From assembly GCA_934647235.1 (NCBI GenBank), contig CAKUFG010000028.1:1-30606 (forward strand): a stretch of 30,606 bases of DNA. Reading direction: 5' to 3'. The notes beneath the pieces are model-generated. The model saw nothing but the letters and a program-made list of their open reading frames with translations, was not told the origin of the DNA and did no database searches. Positions 23,422 to 30,606 of the stretch are shown here, one piece after another. This DNA comes from an uncultured Clostridia bacterium. Its GTDB lineage: Bacteria > Bacillota > Clostridia > Christensenellales > Aristaeellaceae. Numbering within the stretch: the first letter of the stretch is position 1; the number at the start of each line of letters is the position of its first letter. The translations under genes and the position numbers were made by a program.

Positions 23422-25074
23422 TTACACGCTGATATCCCGGCGGCCCGTCAGCTTAAAGAACAGCAGCAGGGACAGCACGCTCGTCACCGTCAGCACGGTA
23501 GAGTACGCGGCAGCGTTGCCAAAGCAATCGCGGATGACCTCGGTATAGACCGAAACGGTCAAGGTCTGCGTGGAGCCGCGATACAGCATGATCGACGAGG
23601 ACAGCTCGCTGATGACCGTTACCCAGCTCATGATCGCGCCCGAGATTACGCCGGGCATCATCATGGGCAGCGTCACCTCGGTGAAGGAGCGCAGCTCGGA
23701 CGCGCCCAGCGACACAGCAGCTTCCTCGATGGAGGGGCTGATCTGGCTGATGATGGCCGTGCTGGAGCGGATAGTATAGGGCATACGGCGCACGGTCAGC
23801 GCGATGATGATGATGGCCGCGGTGCCCGTCAGCGCCAGCGGCGGCTTGGCAAAGGCATACAGGAAGCAGATACCAAGCACGGAGCCGGGAATGATATAGG
23901 GCAGCATGGTCAGCGTATCCACGGTGGTGGTGATGATGGACTTGCGGCGCACGGCCAGGTAGGCAATCAGCACGCCCAGCACAATCACCAGCGCGATGGC
24001 GCACAGGCCGTACAGGTAGGTATTGGGGATGACCAGCTTGTTCTTAGAGAAGATCGTCTCGTAGTTTACAAGCGAAAACTGATTGGTAAAGATGCCGGGC
24101 GTGGACTCCTTGAGGAAGGAGGTGACGATCACCGTCAGCTGCGGCAGCATGGCCATGAGCACCACAAAGTATACGAAGACGTGGCACAGGATCCTGGGCA
24201 GCGTGCGCTGCGGACGGGGCAGCATGGGCTTGAGCGCCGACATGGAGTAGGAATGCCGGTGCGAAATCCACCGCTGCAGGAAGAAGAAGATCAGCGTAAT
24301 CGCCATGATAATCACGCACAGCGCGGCGGCAAAATAGCTGTCGTTGGTCACTTCGCCCATGAACTGGTTATACAGCACCACCGGGAAGGTGCGATAGCCC
24401 TCGCCGATCAGCATGGGCGTGCCGAAATCGGAGAACACGCGCATGAACACCAGCAGGGAGGAGGCCAGCACCGTAGGCAGCACCAGCGGCAGGATGATGC
24501 CCGTAACGCGCTGGAAGTTGTTGGCGCCCAGGCTTTCGGCAGCCTCGTTCAGGGAGTTATCCAGGTTTTGCAGCGCGCCGCAGACATACATATACACCAG
24601 CGGGAAGGACTGGAGCGAGAATACCAGCACAATGCCCGCAAAGCCGTATATGCCGCCAAACGACGTGCCGAAGATCGCGTTGATCCACTTGGTAAACAGG
24701 CCGTTGCGGCCCAGCAGCTGAATCCACGCATACGCGCCGATGAAGGGCGGGGACAGGTAGCTGACCACAATGCAGATGTTCAGCGCCTTGCTGCCCGCGA
24801 TGCGGTATTGGCGCGTGATGTAGGCAATCACAAGCCCCAGCGTCGCGCTGATCAGCGTGGATACAACAGTCACCTTGAAGGAGTTCAGCAACGTATTGGT
24901 GTAGTACTTGCGGGTAAAGAAGCGGGTAAAGTTGGCCAGCGTGAAGCTGTTATCGGCGGGGTTGACCACGCTCTTGTACATGATCAGCACCAGCGGGTAC
25001 ACCACAAAGATCAGGAAGATCGCCAGCACCAGCAGCGCCAGGAAGGTCCAGATCGGGGAATGCTTCTGTTTCAT
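23422..25074 (-). CDS. ABC transporter permease, fused two-domain type (FbpB/ThiP-like), 550 aa
   Basis: Two tandem BPD-type permease halves, each with an EAA-like loop (NEAAESLGANNFQRVTGIILP and EEAAVSLGASELRSFTEVTLP). Confidence 0.9.
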   Translation of the reverse strand: MKQKHSPIWTFLALLVLAIFLIFVVYPLVLIMYKSVVNPADNSFTLANFTRFFTRKYYTNTLLNSFKVTVVSTLISATLGLVIAYITRQYRIAGSKALNICIVVSYLSPPFIGAYAWIQLLGRNGLFTKWINAIFGTSFGGIYGFAGIVLVFSLQSFPLVYMYVCGALQNLDNSLNEAAESLGANNFQRVTGIILPLVLPTVLASSLLVFMRVFSDFGTPMLIGEGYRTFPVVLYNQFMGEVTNDSYFAAALCVIIMAITLIFFFLQRWISHRHSYSMSALKPMLPRPQRTLPRILCHVFVYFVVLMAMLPQLTVIVTSFLKESTPGIFTNQFSLVNYETIFSKNKLVIPNTYLYGLCAIALVIVLGVLIAYLAVRRKSIITTTVDTLTMLPYIIPGSVLGICFLYAFAKPPLALTGTAAIIIIALTVRRMPYTIRSSTAIISQISPSIEEAAVSLGASELRSFTEVTLPMMMPGVISGAIMSWVTVISELSSSIMLYRGSTQTLTVSVYTEVIRDCFGNAAAYSTVLTVTSVLSLLLFFKLTGRRDISV

Positions 25075-25078
25075 CGGC

Positions 25079-26158
25079 TCACACCCCTTCGCGGATCAGC
25101 GTGCTGCGCGTTTCCTTATTGAACACGTTTACCTTTTCGGGCACGATATTCAGGGCGATCTCCGTGCCGTCGGGGATGATCTCGCTCAGATCGCTGGGCA
25201 CCACCACTTCGATTTCCTGCCCATCCTTGAGGGTTACAAAATAGTGCTGCGACATGCCCAGGAACACGCTGGAGCGCACCGTGGCGGGAATGCCCGGCTC
25301 GCCCGCAGGGCGAATGGTAAACTCCTCGGGACGCACGGCCACATCCACAGGGCCAGCCACATCCGCACGCAGCGTTTTAATCGGCACGCGATAGCCGCAG
25401 CCAAAGTCCACCACGCCGTCCTTCACATCGGCACTCAGGAAGTTGCTAAGCCCGATAAAGTTGGATACAAACTCGTTGGCCGGGCGCTGATAGATATGCT
25501 TGGGCGTGCCGATTTGCTGAATCACGCCGCCATGCATCACGGCGATACGATCCGAAATGGCCAGCGCTTCCTCCTGATCGTGGGTGACATATACGGTAGT
25601 AATGCCCACCTGTCGCTGGATACGCTTGATGACATTGCGCATTTCCACACGCAGCTTGGCGTCCAGGTTGGACAGCGGCTCATCCATCAGCAGCACCTCG
25701 GGCTCGATGACAATGGCGCGCGCCAGCGCCACGCGCTGCTGCTGGCCGCCGGAAAGCTGGGCGGGCATGCGGTCGGCATAGCTATCGATTTTTACAAGCT
25801 TCAATATTTCATCTACCCGGCGATAGCGCTCCTCCTTGGGCACATGGCGGTTTTTCAGGCCGTAGGCCACGTTGTCGCGCACACTCATATGCGGGAACAC
25901 CGCGTAATTCTGGAACACCATACCCATATTGCGCTTATTGGTGGGGATGCGGTTTACCACCTTGCCGTCCACGCGGATTTCGCCCGCTTCGATGGAGTTA
26001 AAGCCGATAATCATACGCAGCAGCGTGGTTTTGCCGCAGCCGGAGGGGCCCAGCAGCGTAAAAAACTCGCCGGGCTTGATCTCGGCGGACAGGCCCTGAA
26101 TGACAATATTTTTTCCATACGCCTTGGTTACGTTATCTATCTGAATGGCAACGCTCAT
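25079..26158 (-). CDS. ABC transporter ATP-binding protein (PotA/FbpC-like), 359 aa
   Basis: Walker A GPSGCGKTT, signature LSGGQQQRVALARA and Walker B LLMDEPLSNLD, plus a C-terminal TOBE-like extension. Confidence 0.95.
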   Translation of the reverse strand: MSVAIQIDNVTKAYGKNIVIQGLSAEIKPGEFFTLLGPSGCGKTTLLRMIIGFNSIEAGEIRVDGKVVNRIPTNKRNMGMVFQNYAVFPHMSVRDNVAYGLKNRHVPKEERYRRVDEILKLVKIDSYADRMPAQLSGGQQQRVALARAIVIEPEVLLMDEPLSNLDAKLRVEMRNVIKRIQRQVGITTVYVTHDQEEALAISDRIAVMHGGVIQQIGTPKHIYQRPANEFVSNFIGLSNFLSADVKDGVVDFGCGYRVPIKTLRADVAGPVDVAVRPEEFTIRPAGEPGIPATVRSSVFLGMSQHYFVTLKDGQEIEVVVPSDLSEIIPDGTEIALNIVPEKVNVFNKETRSTLIREGV

Positions 26159-26175
26159 CGTGTTATCCCTCGTTT

Positions 26176-26214
26176 CAAAAATCGGGAAGCCTCGCGGCAG
26201 GCGCGGGGCTTCCC
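26176..26214 (-). terminator. Intra-operon hairpin/partial terminator between SBP and ATPase genes
   Basis: The minus strand reads GGGAAGCC-15 nt-GGCTTCCC followed by GATTTTTG. A second hairpin, CAGGGAAT-AGC-ATTCCTG, lies just upstream. Confidence 0.45.
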
Positions 26215-26266
26215 GGCGGATTTGATCTTTGGCTTTCGCAGGAATGCTATTCCCTGAAAGCGTTTT

Positions 26267-27295
26267 TTATTCCATGGTCATTTCCACATGGTCTACGTAG
26301 GTCTTTACGATTTCCGCCTTATGCTCGGCAACATACTTAATGGAGTAAGTGTCGAACTGCTTGATTTCATCGCTGGGGATCATCTTTTCATTGGTGGGCA
26401 CGCCAGCGCGCAGAGGACGCAGGCAAATGGTGGAAGCAACGGCGTTCTGGCTTTCTTCGCTCAGCACGAAGTCCACAAACTTCTTGGCGTTTTCCATATG
26501 GGGAGCGCCCTTGATGATCTGCACAGATTCACCAGGGAAAATGGTGCCCTCAACAGCGTAGACAACCTTGACCGGCTGCTCGCCCTTGGCCTGCAGCTCC
26601 ACGCAGGGATCCTCATAGCTCAGACCCACGGCATATTCGCCGTTGGCCACGCCGTTGTACACCTGAGAGGAGGAGGAGGCAACCTTGCCATCCAGGTTGA
26701 CCAGGAACTTATCGATGAAGTCCCAGGCTTCCTTGCTCATCGGATCGCCATTGCCCATGCCGTAGAGCATGCCGATCAGGCACTGGAAGGCGGAGGAGGA
26801 ATTGGCGGGGTCGGCGCTGATGATCTTGCCCTTCAGTTCGGGCTGGATCAGATCGGCATAGCCGTTCACTTCAATGCCCATTTCGGCCAGCAGCTTGGTG
26901 TTGACGATCATGACGTTGGGTTCGGCATAAGCATTATTAAAGCAGTTGGTGCCATCGTTTTGGAACAGCGGAACCAGCGCGTCGTTTTCGGTGGATACGT
27001 ACACCTCGAACAGATCGCGGTTGGCGGCCAGCATGGTTTCGTCCGCAGCCCAGTGGATATCCACGGTGACGTTGCCGGTTTCCACTTCGCTCTTTACGCG
27101 CTGCAGCACTTCGCCGGAGGAGCCGGTGATCATTTCTACCTTGATGCCGGTCTTGGCTTCAAAGGCGGGGATTACGATGTTGTTCAGGCGTTCATTGCGG
27201 GCGCTGTAAATCACCAGCGTTTCGCCATCAGCCAGGGCAACGCCGCCCATGCACAGCAGAGAAAGCGCAAGAACAAAAGCCAACAGTTTCTTCAT
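26267..27295 (-). CDS. ABC transporter substrate-binding protein, Fe(3+)/thiamine/polyamine-like family 1, 342 aa
   Basis: Signal peptide MKKLLAFVLALSLLCMGGVALA|DGE followed by TLVIYSARNERLNNIVIPAFEAKTGIKVEM..., which is typical of FbpA/AfuA-like SBPs. Substrate cannot be assigned by eye. Confidence 0.88.
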   Translation of the reverse strand: MKKLLAFVLALSLLCMGGVALADGETLVIYSARNERLNNIVIPAFEAKTGIKVEMITGSSGEVLQRVKSEVETGNVTVDIHWAADETMLAANRDLFEVYVSTENDALVPLFQNDGTNCFNNAYAEPNVMIVNTKLLAEMGIEVNGYADLIQPELKGKIISADPANSSSAFQCLIGMLYGMGNGDPMSKEAWDFIDKFLVNLDGKVASSSSQVYNGVANGEYAVGLSYEDPCVELQAKGEQPVKVVYAVEGTIFPGESVQIIKGAPHMENAKKFVDFVLSEESQNAVASTICLRPLRAGVPTNEKMIPSDEIKQFDTYSIKYVAEHKAEIVKTYVDHVEMTME

Positions 27296-27347
27296 TTTCA
27301 GAAGACCACCTTTCACATTTGGGCGTTTTTAGCCCATCTTTGATATA

Positions 27348-27376
27348 ATTGTACACGGCTTTGTGCATTTTGTCAA
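27348..27376 (-). promoter_or_regulatory. Consensus SigA promoter of the ABC importer operon
   Basis: The minus strand reads TTGACA (27376-27371), a 17-nt spacer, then TACAAT (27353-27348). Confidence 0.65.
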
Positions 27377-27430
27377 TACCGCGCAGACAGAATTTTGCTT
27401 TTCTACGTAAATTGTGCTTTTTCGAGCGCA

Positions 27431-27460
27431 TAGAAATAGCGCCCGCGCAAGGGCGGGCGC
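27431..27460 (-). terminator. Intrinsic terminator after the dipeptidase gene
   Basis: 8-bp GC stem GCGCCCGC (27439-27446) / GCGGGCGC (27453-27460). It is followed on the minus strand by TATTTCTAT. Confidence 0.55.
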
Positions 27461-27484
27461 CATGGCTGTTTTTTGAAATTTCAA

Positions 27485-28942
27485 TTAATTATCGCCGCGA
27501 TGATAGCGGATCTTCATATTCTCAGAGGCGTTGCGCAGCACCTGCCCCAGCGCCTTATCGGATTCGGCCCTGACCATTTCGGCGATCTTCTTGTTGGCCT
27601 CAGCCAGCAGGGCCGGATCGTTTTTCGCAGAAAACTTTTCGTCATATTCGCACAAAAGCTTTCTGCCCTTGTTCCAGACGGCGTTCTGATAGCGCTCGTC
27701 CAGCAGAATCGCCTTGAAATAGTGCGCGTCGGTCAGGGCGGCAATCAGGCGGCTGTGCCAATACATGCTGTCGGTGGAAACGGTATCCTTTGTGGCGCTG
27801 AAATAGGCCGGCAGGCTGTCCACCGCCGTATACAGCGGGAAGCAGGCCGTAAAGCCGCTGCCGCCCATGGAAAACCACTGCACGCCCTTGAGCGCGTCGG
27901 GCATATAGCCGCGAATCTGCATGATGCCGCACACATCGCTGTTGGGCACGCCGATGGTGCGGTACTTGCCATGGAAGGCCGCCGTTTTATCATAGGGATC
28001 ATAGGGCGTGCCCTGATAGTGCGAGCCCAGCAGGTAGCGGATATCCTCGACCGTGATCCTGCGCTCGGGCACAAAGGACCAGGGCAGATCGTTGCTTTCG
28101 GGGGTGAAATCCGCGTTGGGGCCATCCCAGCGATAGGTGCGCTCCAGCAGATACCGGGCCATAAACCAGGCTCTGGGCGTGTTGTAGATATGGTCGCTGT
28201 CGCTTCTGGAGCCAAAAGCCAGACGGGGATTGAAGCCCTCGCCCAGTCCAGTGTAGAGGTGATTTTTCTCCACAAAGTCCTTCAGATCGGCCGAACAAAG
28301 GTTCTCCCTGCCCGCGCCGTAAGCGTCCTCAAAGTCAAAATGATCCAGGCCAAACTGGTTGGGCATGATGACCACACGGTCGTCCGGCACACGCTTGGCA
28401 ATCCAGTGGTGCCCGCCGATGGTTTCCAGCCACCACACCTCGTTTTCATCGGCAAAGGCCATGCCGTTAGGCTCATAGGTGCCGTACTGCTCCAGCAGCG
28501 CGCCCATGCGCAGCACGCCTTCGCGGGCGGTATGGATATAAGGCAGGATCACCGTCACCAGATCCTCCTCGCCCAGGCCGCCGGGCACCTCCTTTTTGCT
28601 GCCCTTTCTGGGCTGATACGCCACATAGGGGTCGGCCCCCAGCACCCGGGGATTAGAGGTAATGGTCTCAGTAGCCGTCATGGCCACATTGGCAGCGTTG
28701 ATGCCGCAGGCCGGCCACACGCCGTGCGTTTGGGTCACATTGGGCGCCACGGTATAGCGCATGGGATCGTCGGGCAGCTCCACCTTCAAATGCGAAATCA
28801 CGGTTTTATAGGTTCGTTTCTGATCCTTGGGCTGAACCACAATCAGCCGCTTGGCCTCAAAGCCGCCGTCGTCATTGCGCGAAATCAGCGTAGAGCCGTC
28901 GTTGGTGGCCAGCTTGCCGGCCAGAATCGTCGTGCAGGGCAT
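27485..28942 (-). CDS. C69-family dipeptidase (Cys Ntn hydrolase), 485 aa
   Basis: Starts MPCTTILAGKLATNDGSTLISRNDD (Cys3 nucleophile context typical of peptidase C69). Length fits the family. Confidence 0.9.
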   Translation of the reverse strand: MPCTTILAGKLATNDGSTLISRNDDGGFEAKRLIVVQPKDQKRTYKTVISHLKVELPDDPMRYTVAPNVTQTHGVWPACGINAANVAMTATETITSNPRVLGADPYVAYQPRKGSKKEVPGGLGEEDLVTVILPYIHTAREGVLRMGALLEQYGTYEPNGMAFADENEVWWLETIGGHHWIAKRVPDDRVVIMPNQFGLDHFDFEDAYGAGRENLCSADLKDFVEKNHLYTGLGEGFNPRLAFGSRSDSDHIYNTPRAWFMARYLLERTYRWDGPNADFTPESNDLPWSFVPERRITVEDIRYLLGSHYQGTPYDPYDKTAAFHGKYRTIGVPNSDVCGIMQIRGYMPDALKGVQWFSMGGSGFTACFPLYTAVDSLPAYFSATKDTVSTDSMYWHSRLIAALTDAHYFKAILLDERYQNAVWNKGRKLLCEYDEKFSAKNDPALLAEANKKIAEMVRAESDKALGQVLRNASENMKIRYHRGDN

Positions 28943-28989
28943 TGTTTCTGTCTCCTTATGTACAGTTGATTATCAGCGGGTACGGGAAT

Positions 28990-28998
28990 ATTGTATCA
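28990..28998 (-). promoter_or_regulatory. Extended -10 element upstream of the dipeptidase gene
   Basis: The minus strand reads TGaTACAAT. No good -35 is present. Confidence 0.35.
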
Positions 28999-29093
28999 CT
29001 TTCCGCCCGCATATGCCTATGCCGCCGCCCCAAAAAACACGATAAAAACACAGGAAATTTCTTCAGCGTTTCCCGTCAAGCATGCAAACCCGC

Positions 29094-29125
29094 AAAAAAA
29101 CAAGCCCATCCATTTGGACAGGCTT
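29094..29125 (-). terminator. Intrinsic terminator downstream of the AAA/PD-(D/E)XK gene
   Basis: The minus strand reads AAGCCtgTCCAaaTGGAtgGGCTT followed by GTTTTTTTG. Confidence 0.55.
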
Positions 29126-29232
29126 ATCTCATGTGTCTCCACCTATATAATGATACAAGTTACGAAATAGAATAAGGGGATGCAGGGGGTGCAGTTTGCA
29201 CTCCTTTTGCGCACCCCTTGCACACACACCCT

Positions 29233-30606
29233 TTATAGCTTCTCGAAAACTACCCTGCAGCGCTTTTTGCAGAAAGCAATGCCGAACGCAGTGATATGCT
29301 CCCGACCTTCGTTGCGCAATCGTTCGTCGTAGCGCTTTTCTTTGATCTGATTCATTGCCGCTTCGCACACGCTTTCCATCCCTGCCAGCGTCGGTGAGTA
29401 TTTTACCTCAATCACGATACCCGCATCCGGATCTTCCGGCTCGATAAGGATATCGCTGAATCCATCGCCTGATTCCGCATTGGACAAAATCAGCCAGTTT
29501 GGTTCGCTCCGCAGAAGCCCCAGCAGCAGTCCGTGATAGAAGTTTTCCTTCTGGTCGTCCTTCGCTTTTGTGTCCAGTATGCTGATCATTTTTCCAAGAA
29601 TCACTGTCAACCGTTTCTGAATTTCCTCCGCGTTTCCATCCAGAAACGCCTGACAGAACGCCTGCATGGGCTTTTCGTCATGGACAACCGTTTCCTTAAA
29701 CCATTCCTGAATCTGGAGGATGAATACTTCCCGCACCTCGCTGTTGGGGATGATCAGTTTATATACGCTGCGCTCAACTTTTCCCGCCTGCGTCAGATAA
29801 CCCGTGGTAAACAAAACGCTCCAGAGGTTATCGATGCTGTTGTCGATTTCGTTGTAGGTCAGTTCCAGCCGAACCGCCTTCTCGATGGCTTCTCCCGCAA
29901 TGAGCCGCTCGATCTCGCCCTGCGTGGTCTTATCGGCTTTATCCACGAAACGCCTGACCAGATCGTTTCCGCTGGTGTTGATCCAGTAGGCCTGGGGTTC
30001 TGCGTTCGGTTCGCCGCAAAGTCGGTCTACGTGGTTGATCACGTCCCATGGGCAATACACGTCCACGCTGCCAAAGCGATAGCCGTCATACCATTCTTTT
30101 GTTTCGCCGTAATGCGCTGTCAGGTTATAATCGTCCAGGAGCGTCTTCACTTCAGCATCTGTGAAGCCGAAGTGCTCGTCGAAGCGGCTGTCCGTGATGG
30201 ACAGCACCTTGAAGTTGTTCAGCCCGGTAAAGATGCTTTCCTTCGATACGCGCAGGCAGCCCGTCAGCACCGCGAATTGCAGGTAATCGTTCGTTTTCAG
30301 CGCCTGACCGAACAAACCGCGAATCAGCGCGACCATCTCTTTATAGTAGCCGTGCTGGAACGCTTTATCCAAAGGCACGTCGTATTCGTCGATCAGGAGG
30401 ATGGTCTTTTGACCGTAATGCTGATAGAGCAAGGAGGAGAGCATCTTGAGACTTTCCTGCACGTCATCCATCGTGTCCTGTTCTTTCAGAAAACGTTCAA
30501 ACGGGCGTTTATCATCTTCAGCTATACGCTCGCTCTGCTTCAGAAAGCCAAGCCTCGAAAATTCCGACCGCAAGATGCGCCGCAGCATCCCATAGGCCTC
30601 CTCAAA
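29233..30606 (-). CDS. AAA-ATPase-like + PD-(D/E)XK nuclease (DUF1703/PDDEXK_9-type) protein, 5'-truncated by window edge
   Basis: The frame is open to nt 30606 (FEEAYGMLRR...). Walker-B-like LLIDEYDVPL is followed by YDGYRFG, YWINTSGND and LFTTGYLT. The C-terminal nuclease core is FYHGLLLGLL...ESGDGFSDILIEP...IVIEVKY. The Walker A region lies outside the window. Confidence 0.85.
   Translation of the reverse strand, partial: FEEAYGMLRRILRSEFSRLGFLKQSERIAEDDKRPFERFLKEQDTMDDVQESLKMLSSLLYQHYGQKTILLIDEYDVPLDKAFQHGYYKEMVALIRGLFGQALKTNDYLQFAVLTGCLRVSKESIFTGLNNFKVLSITDSRFDEHFGFTDAEVKTLLDDYNLTAHYGETKEWYDGYRFGSVDVYCPWDVINHVDRLCGEPNAEPQAYWINTSGNDLVRRFVDKADKTTQGEIERLIAGEAIEKAVRLELTYNEIDNSIDNLWSVLFTTGYLTQAGKVERSVYKLIIPNSEVREVFILQIQEWFKETVVHDEKPMQAFCQAFLDGNAEEIQKRLTVILGKMISILDTKAKDDQKENFYHGLLLGLLRSEPNWLILSNAESGDGFSDILIEPEDPDAGIVIEVKYSPTLAGMESVCEAAMNQIKEKRYDERLRNEGREHITAFGIAFCKKRCRVVFEKL

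Noticed and set aside
23419-25122. 567-aa plus-strand ORF antisense to the fused ABC permease, and similar shadows at 24908..26257, 26288..27343, 27473..28969, 2208..3683, 3662..4429, 5140..6132 and 13152..13856
   Set aside because: Each one mirrors a well-supported gene on the other strand almost end to end. All are rich in R/H/Q/G/D runs and carry no motifs. They run through the real genes' start and stop regions.
27228-27431. 67-aa minus-strand ORF upstream of the importer SBP gene
   Set aside because: It overlaps the consensus TTGACA-17-TACAAT promoter and the SBP start in another frame. It has no RBS.
29175-29230. Nested GC-rich hairpins after the AAA/PD-(D/E)XK gene, considered as an att site or a repeat element
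   Set aside because: No second copy is present in the window and no integrase is visible. The element may simply be an RNA-stabilising 3' structure. It is kept only as a note inside the compositional-break finding.
1-30606. Scan for CRISPR arrays, tRNA/rRNA genes, IS elements or long direct repeats
   Set aside because: I noticed no regularly spaced repeats, no tRNA-like cloverleaf signatures in the intergenic regions (all 290 nt or shorter) and no transposase or integrase-like ORFs. This was a by-eye scan and short or degenerate repeats could have been missed.

Overview
High-GC, GC3-rich chromosomal segment from a spore-forming, sortase-bearing monoderm. A Clostridia/Oscillospiraceae-type anaerobe fits best, but the taxon is inference only. 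I support 23 protein-coding genes. I saw no rRNA, tRNA, CRISPR array, transposase or integrase. Left to right: an SH3b protein tail; glmS; a minus-strand HAD phosphatase plus CUT1-type sugar ABC operon (no ATPase, binding protein last) divergent from a LysR regulator; brnQ overlapping an MOFRL glycerate kinase by 4 nt; an AraC regulator plus a phosphohexomutase; a rhomboid-like protein that appears to lack the catalytic dyad; and spoVAC-AD-AE. The most unusual block is a terminator-bounded three-gene operon at about 16.0-23.4 kb. It encodes a membrane-tethered Cys-Ntn amidohydrolase, a 1,678-aa wall-sorted protein with an internal glycine-zipper-like hydrophobic module, and a dedicated class B sortase. 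After it come an FbpABC-like ABC importer and a C69 dipeptidase. After a visible drop in GC there is a 5'-truncated AAA-ATPase-like/PD-(D/E)XK (DUF1703-type) gene running off the window. All domain calls come from motif recognition by eye and nothing was searched against a database. Almost every gene carries a near full-length antisense shadow ORF, which I treat as a GC3 artefact. Many ORF-track starts were trimmed to the first start codon that has a Shine-Dalgarno sequence.
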